A DNA stretch of 60,885 nt, filler included, from Malassezia furfur (GCA_052055015.1; 11 parts of 11 records of this genome joined end to end with filler, not necessarily neighbours in it); one strand, 5' to 3'; counted from the first letter of the whole stretch, positions 1-11,212 are shown. Program-made: numbers and translations. Notes: generated by a model not told the origin, from the sequence alone.

Positions 1-459
1 CACGCCGCGTCGCTCGTGCGCGGCCCCGACGAGCGCGCGGGGCGCGTGGGGCAGCCCGCGCAGTGGTGGTATGCGTGCACCATCAAGGGCGGGCGCGAAA
101 CGCGCGACATTGACGTGGTGCAGCTCGCGCGCGGCGTGGAGCGGCTCGGTGCCGGCGAGCTGCTGATCAACAGCATCGACCGCGACGGGAGCAACGCGGG
201 CTTTGACACGCAGCTCATCGACCTCGTGCGTGGTGCGGTGGCCATCTCGGTGATTGCGAGCAGCGGCGCGGGCAACCCCGGGCACTTTGCCGAGGTGTTT
301 GCGCCGCGCGACGCCACGGGCGGCGCGTCGATCGAGGCGGCGCTCGCCGCGGGCATCTTCCACCGCCGCGAGGTGTCGATCGGCGAGGTGAAGGAGGCTC
401 TTGCGCAGCATGGCCTGCCCGTGCGGCAGAGCACGGCGGTGGAGCCGGTGCGTACGTAG
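1..459 (+). CDS. HIS7: Imidazole glycerol phosphate synthase (HisF cyclase C-terminal part), 5'-truncated
   Basis: Motifs GAGELLINSIDRDGSNAGFD, VIASSGAG, AALAAGIFHR match the fungal His7 C-terminus; stop at 457-459. Confidence 0.93.
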   Translation, partial: HAASLVRGPDERAGRVGQPAQWWYACTIKGGRETRDIDVVQLARGVERLGAGELLINSIDRDGSNAGFDTQLIDLVRGAVAISVIASSGAGNPGHFAEVFAPRDATGGASIEAALAAGIFHRREVSIGEVKEALAQHGLPVRQSTAVEPVRT

Positions 460-485
460 TCAACATACCAAACATACACTCCACG

Positions 486-1652
486 TCAACCCAGGCCCAT
501 GCACCGCACCCCCTCGTCGACCTCGCGGCCCTCGGCCTGGTTCCCGAGCCACGAGCTGAGCGACACGCCCTCCCACGGCGCGTGCACTCCGAGACGCAGG
601 CCAATCGCGCCGCTGCCGTAGCCCGGCCCAGAGCCAGTGTGCGTGCGCCATGCGGTGCTCGGCGACGAGGGGCGCGAGTTGCGTGCGCTGCCCGTGCCCT
701 CAAACGGCGCGAGTGCATTGCCCGGCGCATTGGGCGTGCTCGCACGCCGCCGCGACTCGCCAATCGCGAGCGGCGACGAGCTCGGCGAGATGAGGGCGCC
801 CTGCCCATGCAGCAGCGAGACGCGGCGTGGCGACGTGCTGCGCGGCGACGTGCTGTGCATTGTCGGCGTGCGTGCCCCCGTCTTGCGCGCAGGAAGCAGC
901 ATCGGGCGGCGGCGGCGCGCCCACCCGGGCGAGTCGTCGTTCGCGCTGCTCTCGTGCTTGCGCTTGGTGCCGAGGTGCGCCGCCTGCGCCTCGGCGCCGG
1001 GCACGGGCACGGGCACGGGCGCCGCAGCGTGCATCGAGAGCGAGGCCGCACCAAACAGCAGCTCCTCGGGCGCATCCATCGGCGAGCTGCGTGGGTCGTC
1101 GTCGATCGGCTCGTCGTCGTCCGACGAGTAGCTCGCCTCAACCGCCAGGGGGGTGCTTGGCATCCAGTCGTCGAGCTCCTCGTCGAGCAGCGCGCCGGGG
1201 TCGCGCGGCGCGGTCGGTATCTCGTGTACTGCGCCGCGTGCCGTGCCAAACAGGCTCGCAAGGCGCGCCTCGTGCGCGGGGCGCCGCCATGGCACCCGAG
1301 CGCCGCCGTCGTGCGTCCACTCGCGGCGTCGGCGGTCCGTGATGCCGAGCAGGTGGCGCTGCAGCCGCGCCTCGGACGCGATCTCGAACTCGCTCGGGTT
1401 CTTTTCGCCGTGCAGCATCTCGGACACACGCATCTTGTGCTTGTCGCGAGGGACTACGGCGCGCCGCGAGCTGCTGCGCCGGTGGTGATGCACGCCTTCG
1501 TCGACAGCCATCGCGACGGGGAGCCGGAAATCGCGCGGCGAGCACGAGAACGACGTGCGTCCGCGCCACGTGCCATCATCTATGTCGTGCAGCACGGCGT
1601 CTGGGACGCCGTACGCGTCTTCATGCATCGCGCCGGGCGGCGGCGATAACAT
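486..1652 (-). CDS. Hypothetical Ser/Pro-rich protein (388 aa)
   Basis: ATG-initiated uninterrupted ORF filling the space between HIS7 and MSS4; plausible composition; no domain recognised. Confidence 0.7.
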   Translation of the reverse strand: MLSPPPGAMHEDAYGVPDAVLHDIDDGTWRGRTSFSCSPRDFRLPVAMAVDEGVHHHRRSSSRRAVVPRDKHKMRVSEMLHGEKNPSEFEIASEARLQRHLLGITDRRRREWTHDGGARVPWRRPAHEARLASLFGTARGAVHEIPTAPRDPGALLDEELDDWMPSTPLAVEASYSSDDDEPIDDDPRSSPMDAPEELLFGAASLSMHAAAPVPVPVPGAEAQAAHLGTKRKHESSANDDSPGWARRRRPMLLPARKTGARTPTMHSTSPRSTSPRRVSLLHGQGALISPSSSPLAIGESRRRASTPNAPGNALAPFEGTGSARNSRPSSPSTAWRTHTGSGPGYGSGAIGLRLGVHAPWEGVSLSSWLGNQAEGREVDEGVRCMGLG

Positions 1653-1690
1653 GGCGCCCCCAGGCCGGCCGCACGCGGCGCTTGGGAACT

Positions 1691-4297
1691 ATGCCTCCAC
1701 ATAGAGGCTGTGGGGTAGAGGGGCCGCCGAACGCGGAAGGCAGCCGAAGGCGACCAAGTCCCAAGACGATGCTGGCGGCCGTCACACCTCATGGCCGGGG
1801 CAGCGTCGCCGGGACACACCAAGTGTCGTCCGATGCAGAAGCACATCCATCACGTATGCCATCGTACAACAGCGATGCGCTGAGCGCTATCCGGCGTGCG
1901 CTCGGCGCCGAAGAACAAGTGATTCGCGTCAGCGACAGCAAGACCCGCGAGACGTACGACGTGATGCTCTCGCGCACCGTCCCGTACGCATCGCCGTACG
2001 TGGGAAAGACGGACACGATGCCGCAGCCAACGGCGGTCACGCCGCGTCGCAGGCGCGCGCCGCGCTGGATCCGCAGCGCCTCGGTGCCGTACGACAACGA
2101 CGCTCCCGAGAGTGTTCCTGCACGCCCGCACACGGCGAACCCGCTCGATGCACAGCCATCGTCCGAACCGCCGACGCCCAACTCGCGCGGGCCGCAGGAA
2201 TGGAATCGCGGCGAAGACATGCGCAGGACGTACTCTGCGCGCACCGGCGACGACGAAGCCCGCCCGCCGTGGGTGTCGGCGCCATGGAACGACCGCTCGC
2301 GTGCGCCAGACGCTGAAGCAGTGCCACCCGTCCCGCCGCTTCCGTCCTGGGCCACATCCAGCCCGAGCCCATCGCAGCTTGCGCCTGAATCGCCGCGGAG
2401 CGAGACGCCATCAAATGCTGCTGCGCCGCCCCTCTCTCTGTACATTCCGTCGTTGGGAAAGGCGCAGGGCACACAGGCTGCCGCAGAGCCGGCGGCTCCA
2501 AGCGTCGCGCCCGTGCCGCCCGCATCGGTTGCGCGCACGGGATCGCTCGGGATCTCGGTGGATCCGGCGTCGACGGCGCAGGCGACGGCTAACGGTGCGC
2601 CGCGGGTGCGGCTGCCTGCCGATGCCCCTGCATCGCGCCCTGCGGCCAACGCGGGTACGCGGTACCCTCCGAGCGGTGTGGCGCCTCGATTGAACGGCGC
2701 GAGGAGCTGGTCGAGTATCTCGACGACCGGTGCGACCGAGGCGGCGCCGACGTTCGACGAAGAGATGGCGCAGAATGCGGACCTGCTGCGGCGCACGCGC
2801 CGTGCCAAGGAGCAGGACGCCCAGCGGCGCGTGTCGATGTCGCGGGGGACGGCGGCCCCCGCGTCGCCACGCTCGCCGCGCTCGCCGCGGTTCTCGATGG
2901 CGCACCACCACCACAATGCGCACCCCGAGGAGGCGCACGACCAACCACGCGCGCTGGTGGGCAACCTGATTGGGGAGGAGCACGTGAACTATGTGCTGAT
3001 GTACCATATGCTCACCGGCATCCGCATCGGCGTGTCGCGGTGCGAGTCGCGTCCGCGGACGCCGCTGACGTCGGCCGACTTTTCGGCGAAGTACAAGTTT
3101 ACGTTTGATATTGTGGGCAACGAGCTGAGCCCGTCGTCGAACTACGACTTCAAGTTCAAGGACTACGCGCCTGCGGTGTTCCGCGAGCTGCGGTACCACT
3201 TCCACCTCGACACGGCCGACTACCTCCTGTCGCTCACAGCCAAGTACATCCTCTCCGAGCTGGGCTCGCCGGGGAAAAGCGGCTCATTTTTCTACTTCTC
3301 ACGCGACTACCGTTTCATCATCAAGACCATCCGGCATAACGAGCAAAAGTTTCTGATGAAGATCCTGCCTTCGTACTACCGCCATGTGCGTGCGAATCCA
3401 CACACGCTCCTGAGCCAGTTCTACGGGCTGCACCGCGTCAAGCTCCAGGGCGGGCGCAAGATCCACTTTGTGATCATGAACAACCTGTTCCCGCCGCACC
3501 GCGACATCCACGAGATGTACGATCTCAAGGGAAGCCTGGTGAAGCGCGAGCAAAAGTCGACCAAGGCACACGCCGTGCTCAAGGACGTCAACTGGGTCAA
3601 GCGCGGGCGCTACCTGGAACTCGGTCCCCAGAAACGCGAGCTGTTTGAGATGCAGCTGCGCAGCGATGTGGCGCTGCTGCAGCGGCTCAATATCATGGAC
3701 TACAGCATGCTCATTGGCCTGCACGATCTGCGCATCGGCAACCACGACGAGCTGCAGCAGTCCTTGCAGGTCTTCCAGCCCGCGCCCGAGAACGAGGAAG
3801 AGCAGGGCGTGTCGCCCATCACACCGGAGCCCGCGCTGCGCCGGCCGAGCATTGTGGTGAACAGCGCCGAGGAGCCCGGGGTGTATTCTGCCACGGACGC
3901 CGCGGTACAGTCGCCGACGAGCGCCAAGGAGAAGCCGAACGCAAACGCTCTGCGCTCTGCGCTATGCCACGCCGACCCCACGGCGCTCTCGGAGCAGACC
4001 ACGACGAAGCTGCCGAACCGCATGAACGAGCGGCGCCACTACTACTTCTATGCGGACGAGGGCGGCTTCCGCTCCACGAACGAGGCGAACGAGCCGACCA
4101 ACGTCATCTACTACCTCGGCGTGATCGACCTCTTTACGCAGTACAACCTGGTCAAGCGCAGCGAGCACGTCTGGAAGAGCGTGTTTTACAACGCGCGGCT
4201 CATCTCGCCCGTCGCGCCCAAGGCGTACGGCGAGCGGTTTATCCGCTTCCTCCTCTCGCGCCCCGACAAGGAGTCGGACGAGCGGCGCATCCCCTAA
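1691..4297 (+). CDS. MSS4: Phosphatidylinositol-4-phosphate 5-kinase
   Basis: FKFKDYAP, ELGSPGKSGSFFYFSRDYRFIIKTI, YDLKGS, IMDYSML, YYLGVIDL. Start uncertain (in-frame ATGs at 1691, 1769, 1856). Confidence 0.95.
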   Translation: MPPHRGCGVEGPPNAEGSRRRPSPKTMLAAVTPHGRGSVAGTHQVSSDAEAHPSRMPSYNSDALSAIRRALGAEEQVIRVSDSKTRETYDVMLSRTVPYASPYVGKTDTMPQPTAVTPRRRRAPRWIRSASVPYDNDAPESVPARPHTANPLDAQPSSEPPTPNSRGPQEWNRGEDMRRTYSARTGDDEARPPWVSAPWNDRSRAPDAEAVPPVPPLPSWATSSPSPSQLAPESPRSETPSNAAAPPLSLYIPSLGKAQGTQAAAEPAAPSVAPVPPASVARTGSLGISVDPASTAQATANGAPRVRLPADAPASRPAANAGTRYPPSGVAPRLNGARSWSSISTTGATEAAPTFDEEMAQNADLLRRTRRAKEQDAQRRVSMSRGTAAPASPRSPRSPRFSMAHHHHNAHPEEAHDQPRALVGNLIGEEHVNYVLMYHMLTGIRIGVSRCESRPRTPLTSADFSAKYKFTFDIVGNELSPSSNYDFKFKDYAPAVFRELRYHFHLDTADYLLSLTAKYILSELGSPGKSGSFFYFSRDYRFIIKTIRHNEQKFLMKILPSYYRHVRANPHTLLSQFYGLHRVKLQGGRKIHFVIMNNLFPPHRDIHEMYDLKGSLVKREQKSTKAHAVLKDVNWVKRGRYLELGPQKRELFEMQLRSDVALLQRLNIMDYSMLIGLHDLRIGNHDELQQSLQVFQPAPENEEEQGVSPITPEPALRRPSIVVNSAEEPGVYSATDAAVQSPTSAKEKPNANALRSALCHADPTALSEQTTTKLPNRMNERRHYYFYADEGGFRSTNEANEPTNVIYYLGVIDLFTQYNLVKRSEHVWKSVFYNARLISPVAPKAYGERFIRFLLSRPDKESDERRIP

Positions 4298-4305
4298 GGC
4301 CCGGC

Positions 4306-5507
4306 TCACCGCTCGTCCATCGCCTCGGGGGCCTCGGCGGGCTGCTGCTGCGCGAGGCGCCAGCTTGCCTCCATATACCGGTTTGGATGCGCGACGCTCT
4401 CGCCCTGGCCCAGGCCGTCGCCCTGGCCCAGGCCGTCGCCGCGCGCGACGCCCTGCTTGGCGTGGGTAATCTCGAAGAGGCGCGTGCAGGCCACATGGTA
4501 GTGGCCCGCCTTGGCCGCCTGCAGGATCTCGGCCTGCTCGTCCGGCGCAACGTGGTAATAGGTGCTGAGCGCCGTCGAGAGGTTCTGTGGGGAAAAGTGG
4601 CGGAAGGGGCACCCGTGCGTATCCTGTGGGCCCGGCGGGTCCTGGGTGATGATGCGCGCACAGCTCTTGGCCGGGTAGTTGAGGCGCCGGCCCTCGAGTC
4701 CATAGCCGTGGCGAATGTTGTAGCGGTGTTCCTTGTTGAACTTGTCGTCGGTCATCGTGCTGAACATGCGCCGCCAGAACAGCAGCGCCTCCTCCACGGG
4801 CAGACCGAGCTCCTTGAGGAAGAGGTTGTACTGCAGCCGCCCATAGTGCCGCAGGTGGTGCGTCGTGGTGAGTGTCTCGTGCAGGTGCCGCATGCACAGC
4901 GGCGCATGCTGCCGCACGAGCGGCGCCACCATGTCCGCCGTGATGTTCACACTCGCGCCGTCGACGCCCACGAGCGCCGCGTTGGTATAGTCGTTCGTCG
5001 CACCCACCATCGAGCCCATGCTCAGATGCTCGAGCACCGGCAGCAGCCGGTCGTCCTCGTCGAGGCGGGGCAGCGCCCGCGCCGTGCTCTCCAGCTGCGC
5101 CTGCAGCCGCGCATGGAACTCGGCCAGGATCAGGCTGCTCTGCTCCTTCGTCGGGATCCACGCCGTGCCGCGCAGAACCAGCACGCGGCGCCGCTCCACC
5201 AGGTCCGGCACGCGGTGCCACGGCACCTGCAGGAAGCTCTCACTGTCAAACGTCGCTGCGAGGCGCGGATGCACGGCGAGCAGCTGCTCGCGGTGCCGCC
5301 GCTGCTCCTCGGGCGGCACGGCGCGCCAGACAAAGTCTTGTGCGCGCAAAAACGCCTCGCGCTCCGCCAGGTGCTCCGTCTCGAGGCGGTAGCGGAACAG
5401 CGCGGTCTCGGCGTGCACAAAGCGTCGGCGCAGCTCCTCGGTGCGCGAAAACGCGAGGCGCAGCACAAAGTGCGAGACGTGGTCCTTGGCGCGCTCGCGC
5501 TGCAGCT
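4306..5507 (-). CDS. PRI2: DNA primase large subunit, 5'-truncated by contig end
   Basis: PLCM..HLRHYGRLQYNLFLK, YNIRHGYGLEG, HGCPF and four Fe-S cysteines; 18-nt direct repeat gives GDGLGQ x2 near the C-terminus. Confidence 0.95.
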
Positions 5508-5607
5508 NNNNNNNNNNNNNNNNNNNNNNNNNNNNNNNNNNNNNNNNNNNNTTAATTAATTAANNNNNNNNNNNNNNNNNNNNNNNNNNNNNNNNNNNNN
5601 NNNNNNN
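5508..5607. other. Artificial contig linker N44-TTAATTAATTAA-N44 (first of 10)
   Basis: Identical linkers at 5508-5607, 11113-11212, 16686-16785, 22250-22349, 27803-27902, 33347-33446, 38868-38967, 44380-44479, 49890-49989, 55391-55490. The 12-mer gives stops in all six frames, and genes are cut at every linker. Confidence 0.99.
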
Positions 5608-7437
5608 TGCGCCGGCGCGTCCAGGTCGCCGCTCGGCGCAGGGTCGGGCGGGGGCGCCGGCGCCGCCTCCACATGGACCTCGCGCGGTGCGTCTTCGATA
5701 GGCTCGGGTTCATAGGTCACGTCGGCGGTCGACATGGCGCCTTGGTTGCGGCGCCCAAACGCAACGAGCAACGCGGCCCGCAGCGCATTTTCCGAGTCGT
5801 CCGCATCAATGTGGGCGTCGACGCGCTCGGCCTGCTTTTCCTGCTCGAGCGCACGGCGCGTCATGCGCTGCATCTCGCTGTACTCTTGCGCGGCTGCATC
5901 CTCTTCCATCGCCCACTGCTCGTCGTACCAGGCCTGGCAGTCTGTGCTGATAACGGTCATTCCCTTGGGGATTTCCGAGGCGGGGCGCATCGACGGCGGA
6001 GGTACACGGCGGGGCTTGACTTGGGAAGACGGCGTCGCGCTCACCACCAGCTCCGACGGCACAATGGGCGGTGCTGCGCGCGACGGTTGGTTGCGGCGTT
6101 TGCGGTGCCCGACAGTGGTCCGGGCCAGCATACGTGCCGCAATGTTTTCCAACGTAGCATCCGCCGCAGGGGGTATGTGTTCTGGCGCACTGTGCAGCGC
6201 CGATTCCTCTTTGGCCGGTAAGAGGTCCAAGGACCCACCGCCCGGCGGCAAATCGGGCGTCGGCATCGCATGTACGGGCGCCTCGTGCTGGGATAGCGAG
6301 AGGATGCGCTGCTTTTCGCGGCGCTTTTGGTTTTTGCGCCGGGTGCGTGCTCGTCCCTGCCCCGGGGGAACATACTTGGGCGAGGAAGGCTCGGCGGGGT
6401 CGTCGTGCTGAATGTCTTCGACGCTAGGTGCGTCAGATGCGTCATCGGCGTCATCTGGGCGGGCATCATTGACAAAGACGTGGGTATGGGACGACGGGGA
6501 TGTGGATGCACTGCCGTCAGCGTCAGAGTCGGAGGTGGAATCGAAGCTGCTGTCGGAGCTGCTGTCGGAGCTTCCGTCAGAGCTGTCATTGGAGCTGCTG
6601 TCGGAGCTGTTGTCGGAGCTGTCGTCGGAGCTGTCGTCGGAGCTGCTGTCGGAGCTGTCATCAGAGCTGTCGTCGGAGCTGTCATCAGAGCTTTCATCGG
6701 AACTGGAGCTGGCGTCTGAGCTGGAGCTGGAGCTCGCACTGGAACTTGAGCTGTCATCGGAGCTGTCCGAGCTGTCCGAACTGTCCGAACTGTCCGAACT
6801 GTCCGAACTGTCCGAACTGTCCGAACTGCTGCTCGAGCTCGCACTCGAGCTGGTGCTTGCGCGTTTCGTCGACTCGGCGCGTGCGCTCGACCCATTCCGC
6901 ACGCTCGTCGCACTCGCAGGCCGCTTCAGCGGCGGCAGCTTCCCTTGCGTCTGCTGCTCCCACTCGCGCTTCCGCTGCGCAAATGCGCCCATTGCCGCGT
7001 CGAGACGACTTTGTGGCATCATGGGCATCGGCAATTCCGTGTCAGCGCTACGCGCATTGGCTGCGCGCATCGACTGGGCAATACGACTGGCCTCGGCGAG
7101 GACGTCGTCGTCGTCCGTACGCTGCCGTTTGTGTGGGCGCTCGTGCAAGGTAACGCTGTGTGAGCGAGTTAAGGACGTACCTAGCGACCTCTCCGTCACG
7201 GAGGATGTCGGACCCGAACTCGTCCAGGAGCGCAAAATCGTCGACCGAGAGGACCAATGCGTCCGGATCGAGGTTGTCGAGGATCGCAGCCGGATGGTGC
7301 CGGCGGAGCGCCGCGAGGATGCGTGCGCGCACATCTGCCAACGACTCCTCACCCGTGCGCACCGGCACGACAAACTGTGCAGCCGGCAGCGGCGCGCACG
7401 CACGAACGCGCACACGCGCGCGACTCGCCGAGCTCAT
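5608..7437 (-). CDS. Coilin-like nuclear protein with Ser/Asp-rich repeat, 3'-truncated
   Basis: ATG 7437. A 25-nt intron at 7156-7180 joins an N-terminal globular domain (RVRVRAC..LADVRARI..LVLSVDDFALLD..ILRDGEV) to the long SSD-repeat ORF with a basic RARTRRKNQKRR motif. Gene model is solid; the family call is inference. Confidence 0.6.
6541..6852 (-). repeat. Coding tandem repeats (9-nt GAACTGTCC and 12-nt GAGCTGTCGTCG-type units as read on +) encoding SSD/SSDD
   Basis: Directly visible tandem units within the coilin-like CDS. Confidence 0.9.
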
Positions 7438-7494
7438 CTTTCGACGCGGTGTGGAGGTCGGCCGAGGCCCTCTTCCAGCTTGGACGGTGCGAGG

Positions 7495-8380
7495 ATGGCA
7501 CCGGGCCCCTCCGCGGCATGGATCCACGCCATTGATGCGACTTATGCGCTCTTTGAGCAGAAAGAGAACCGCGATGCATACCCCGAGCTGGCCGACAAGG
7601 TCGCGTCCGCGGTGCAGATCATTGAATCGACGATCGCGGAGCTAGGGTGCGTAGTGCCTCGACTGACGCAGCGTGGAGCGGTGTGCACTGAGTTTCAATG
7701 GCGGCAAGGACTGCACGGTGCTGGCGCACCTGCTGGCGGCGGTGCTGCGGCGGCATACACATGCGGGGCCCACGACGCTGCCGCGCCTTGAGTCGCTGTA
7801 TGTCGCGTGCCAGTCGCCGTTCGCCGAGGTCGAGCAGTTTATTGCGTATGCGGCGAGCGCCACGACGGGCTACAATATGGACCTGCACATGGAGCAGGGC
7901 TCGATGAAGGCTGCGCTAGCAAAATACCTCGATGGCGAGCCGGGCGAGGCGCTGGCGCCCGTCGACGCGTCTGGAGCGAACGAGGCACAGCCCCAGCCGC
8001 GCAATGTGCAGGCGATGTTCATCGGCGTGCGCGAGACCGATCCGCACGGCTCGACGGTCGGCGTGCGCTCGCCGTGTGACCCAGGGTGGCCGCAGATCCT
8101 GCGTGTGCACCCGATCCTCGACTGGGACTACGCGACGGTGTGGTCGTTTCTGCGGTGCCCCGTGCTGGGGACGCCGCCGTCGCCGCTGCCTGCGTACGTG
8201 GGCGGCGGCGGCGCGCACGGTGTGCCGTACTGCTCGCTGTACGACCAGGGCTACACGTCGCTGGGCAGCACGTACAATACGCGGCCGAACCCGCGCCTGC
8301 TGGTCGCCGGGACCGAGGCGACGTACCGCCCTGCGTTTGAGCTGCGCGATGCGGCGCTGGAGCGCGCGGGGCGTGGGTAG
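7495..8380 (+). CDS. FAD1: FAD synthetase (PAPS-reductase family)
   Basis: ALSFNGGKDCTVL, GVRETDP, HPILDW, YCSLYDQGYTSLG; 25-nt intron 7647-7671 restores the frame. Confidence 0.93.
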
Positions 8381-8484
8381 CACGTAGCGAGATGGCGTGG
8401 CGGGGCGCATGTAGAGAGCGCGTGAGCGCGTCCGCCGCGCGCCCGGGGAGTACGCGCGCGAATGTCTGCATTCCTATCCCTACA

Positions 8485-11112
8485 CTACTTGGCGGTGCCG
8501 TTGGCCTTGTGCGCCGGTTTTTTCGTCCACGCCTGCTTGGGCGCCCGCGGCTTGGGGTGCAGCGAGAGCGTCTGCAGGTGCGCGGCAGCCGCGTCCGCAG
8601 GCGTGCTGGGCGCGTGTGCCGGCTTGGCGTGCGCGCCGTGCGCCGCGCCGCGCCCCGGCTTGGCCGTGGGCGTCTTCGGGGGCGGGGCGGGCGTGAAGAA
8701 GTTTTTCGGCTGGTTCGGCTTGGCCGCGGGCGGCTTCGCGGCGGCCTTGGCCTGCTCGCGCGCCTGCAGCGTGCGGAGGAGCGCCGAGGTGTCGTCGGAT
8801 TGCGTCGCCTCGACGCCCCACTTGGTGGCCATCTGCGGCGTGGTGAGGTTGAGCACGTCGGCGAGGCCCACCGTGCCGCCGCGGTAGTCGGAGCAGAGGC
8901 CGTTGAGCGATGTGCCGCCGAGGTAGGGCGCGTCGAACACGACGTCGATGCTGTTCGACCCGAGCCCCACGACGGTGCCCTTGGCGGCGGGCGGCACGGC
9001 GCCAAAGTCGAGCACGTTGACGGCGCGGTCGCCGAGCTGGAAGTGCTGCGTCGGGACGCGCATGCGTGCCTGGTCGGGCTTGAGCAGCGCGTAGCGCGGC
9101 AGGCCGCGCAGGATCTGGCGCTTGATGCCGAACGTGCCGCTCTCGGCGCGCTTGCGCGCGAGGATGCGCGTCGCGGCCTCGAGCGTGGCGACCGTCTGCG
9201 TCTCGAGGCGGTCGACGTAGATCGGCACGTCCTCGAGCTCGCGGAGCTTGTGCTCCTTCTCGAACGCGACGAGCGCCTGGACGCGCTCCGCGGTGTTCTG
9301 CGGGAAGAGGTCGACGTCGCGGTAGAAGTCGCCGTGCGGCGGGCGGTGCGCCACGGCGCGCACGAGCTCCGGGAAGGCGCGCACGAACGCGGCGATGAGC
9401 GCAATGGCGCGCTCGCTGTACTCCCAGCCCAGCGACGTGCGCTGCGTGTAGCCGAGCACCTTGCGGCTCTTGGCCTCGAACTTGAGGTTCAGCCCGAGGT
9501 TGCGGCGCTTGCGGTCGACCTGCACGAGCATGCTGCTGGTGATGCGCGACAGGACGATCGACGAGATCTTGAGGCGGTGCGCGACCTGCGCCGCGGGCAC
9601 GTACGTCTCCGCGGCGCGCTCGCCGACGAGCTTGCGCATGAGCATGTTCTCCTGCGCCATGTCGGTGAGCAGCGCGAGCTCGATCGCGACCGTCGACGAG
9701 GTGGTGCCGAGCACACGTGCGGGGCAGCCGTAGCCGCGCTCGCCGAGGTAGAACACGCGCGTCTGGTCGGGGAACTCTTCGCTAACCGACATGCCCGGGC
9801 GCTCGAGGAAGCGCGCGTCCTCGTGCGCCACGCGGTCGACCATGAGCTGCAGCGGGTACTCGATCTCGCCCTGCGGCGTCGCGGCGTACTCCTTGGCGAC
9901 CGCCGCGTTCGGCAGGCGGTGCAGCCCCTGCAGCGGGCGCACGTGCAGGAGCACGCGCGTGGCGCCGATCTCGACGCCGTAGCGCGTCGCGTAGCGTGCG
10001 CGGATGCGGTCCGCGCGCCCGGCGACGCTCGCGCCGCGCTGCTTCTCGAGGCGCACCTGGTTGCCGTCGCGCAGCTCGGCCATGATCTCGGCGTGCGCAT
10101 CCGAGACGCCGACGACGAGCCCCTCGAAGAGGAACGGCCAGTTCGTAAAGGTGCGCTGCCCGATGACCGCCTGTGCGAGCGCCTCGAGGCTCGGCACCTC
10201 GGGCACCGGGCGGATGGTGAGCACCATCGACGGCGCGGCGCTCGCGGAGCCGTGCACATTCACGCCCGCCTTGCGCAGCGCGTGCGTGAACGGCAGCGTC
10301 TTGAGCGTCGGGAAGCCCGGCATCGCGTCCACGCCGAGCTGCACGCCGGCGGGCAGCGTCTTGACGAGCGTGCGCCCCTGCATCGACGGCAGGTCGTACG
10401 CCTCCACACGCACGTGGTTGTTGGGCAGGTCCGGGAAGAAGCCGGGCAGGCTCGAGGGGTAGGTGTAGTCGAGCGCCGCGTCGAACGCAAAGCGCTTCGG
10501 CGGCCCGTGGCGGTTGCGCACGCGCTCGTCGTCGGTCAGGCCGCCGGCGCGCCGGCGCATCGCATCGAGCAGGCGGTCCTCCTGGATGAACGGGATCTTG
10601 ACCACCGCCTCCCAGCTGTTCTTCTTCCCGTTCATGTCCGCCTCGAACTCGGTGGGGTAGAAGTCGAGGATCGGCGAGCTCGGGTCGGTCATGAGCTCCT
10701 GCAGCGCCGGCGGGATGAGCGCCTTGCTCAGCGGCGGCAGCACTCCCATCAGCTGCTCAAACGGCAGGAACGGCGTGCCCTTCTGAAACGCAAACGCAAA
10801 CTCGCCAATGTTGTTCAGGTCCGAGATCTGCGGCGCGTAGTGGTAGCGGTAGAACCAGCCCCACGACGCATTGCCCTCGTAGTAGTAGTGCAGCACCCAC
10901 TGCATCCCCTCGATGTAGTTGAACGCCAGCGCACGGATCGCCTCGGGCTCGTACGCCATCTCGAGCTTCGTCCGGTAGTAGTTCACCTTGTGCGCGTGCA
11001 TCCGGCGCGCAATCTCCTGCTCGCGCGCGGCCGCGGCTGCCGTCTCCGCCGCCGCCTCCGACACGTCGTCGTCGTCGCCGTCGTCGTCGTCCGCCGGCGC
11101 GTCCGCCGCCGG
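8485..11112 (-). CDS. XRN1: 5'-3' exoribonuclease 1, 5'-truncated
   Basis: YIEGMQWVLHYYY..SWGWFYRYHYAP, PFEQLMGVLP, DFYP..DMNGKKNSWEAVVKIPF, followed by the Xrn1-type C-terminal domains. Confidence 0.95.
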   Translation of the reverse strand, partial: PAADAPADDDDGDDDDVSEAAAETAAAAAREQEIARRMHAHKVNYYRTKLEMAYEPEAIRALAFNYIEGMQWVLHYYYEGNASWGWFYRYHYAPQISDLNNIGEFAFAFQKGTPFLPFEQLMGVLPPLSKALIPPALQELMTDPSSPILDFYPTEFEADMNGKKNSWEAVVKIPFIQEDRLLDAMRRRAGGLTDDERVRNRHGPPKRFAFDAALDYTYPSSLPGFFPDLPNNHVRVEAYDLPSMQGRTLVKTLPAGVQLGVDAMPGFPTLKTLPFTHALRKAGVNVHGSASAAPSMVLTIRPVPEVPSLEALAQAVIGQRTFTNWPFLFEGLVVGVSDAHAEIMAELRDGNQVRLEKQRGASVAGRADRIRARYATRYGVEIGATRVLLHVRPLQGLHRLPNAAVAKEYAATPQGEIEYPLQLMVDRVAHEDARFLERPGMSVSEEFPDQTRVFYLGERGYGCPARVLGTTSSTVAIELALLTDMAQENMLMRKLVGERAAETYVPAAQVAHRLKISSIVLSRITSSMLVQVDRKRRNLGLNLKFEAKSRKVLGYTQRTSLGWEYSERAIALIAAFVRAFPELVRAVAHRPPHGDFYRDVDLFPQNTAERVQALVAFEKEHKLRELEDVPIYVDRLETQTVATLEAATRILARKRAESGTFGIKRQILRGLPRYALLKPDQARMRVPTQHFQLGDRAVNVLDFGAVPPAAKGTVVGLGSNSIDVVFDAPYLGGTSLNGLCSDYRGGTVGLADVLNLTTPQMATKWGVEATQSDDTSALLRTLQAREQAKAAAKPPAAKPNQPKNFFTPAPPPKTPTAKPGRGAAHGAHAKPAHAPSTPADAAAAHLQTLSLHPKPRAPKQAWTKKPAHKANGTAK

Positions 11113-11212
11113 NNNNNNNNNNNNNNNNNNNNNNNNNNNNNNNNNNNNNNNNNNNNTTAATTAATTAANNNNNNNNNNNNNNNNNNNNNNNNNNNNNNNN
11201 NNNNNNNNNNNN

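Noticed and set aside
5552..5563. TTAATTAATTAA recurring every ~5.5 kb as a repeat, CRISPR-like array or element end
   Set aside because: Always embedded in N runs; it is a six-frame-stop assembly spacer.
6412..7153. Leu/Ser/Glu-repeat and Cys-rich (CCRS, CPN) ORFs on the plus strand
   Set aside because: Alternative-frame readings of the SSD tandem repeat in the minus-strand gene.
8392..11160. Very long antisense ORFs (also 39090-41957, 56733-59201, 14738-16633) as overlapping genes
   Set aside because: Shadow ORFs opposite conserved genes; high GC3 removes stops; translations are Arg/Ala/Gly-rich with no recognisable domains.
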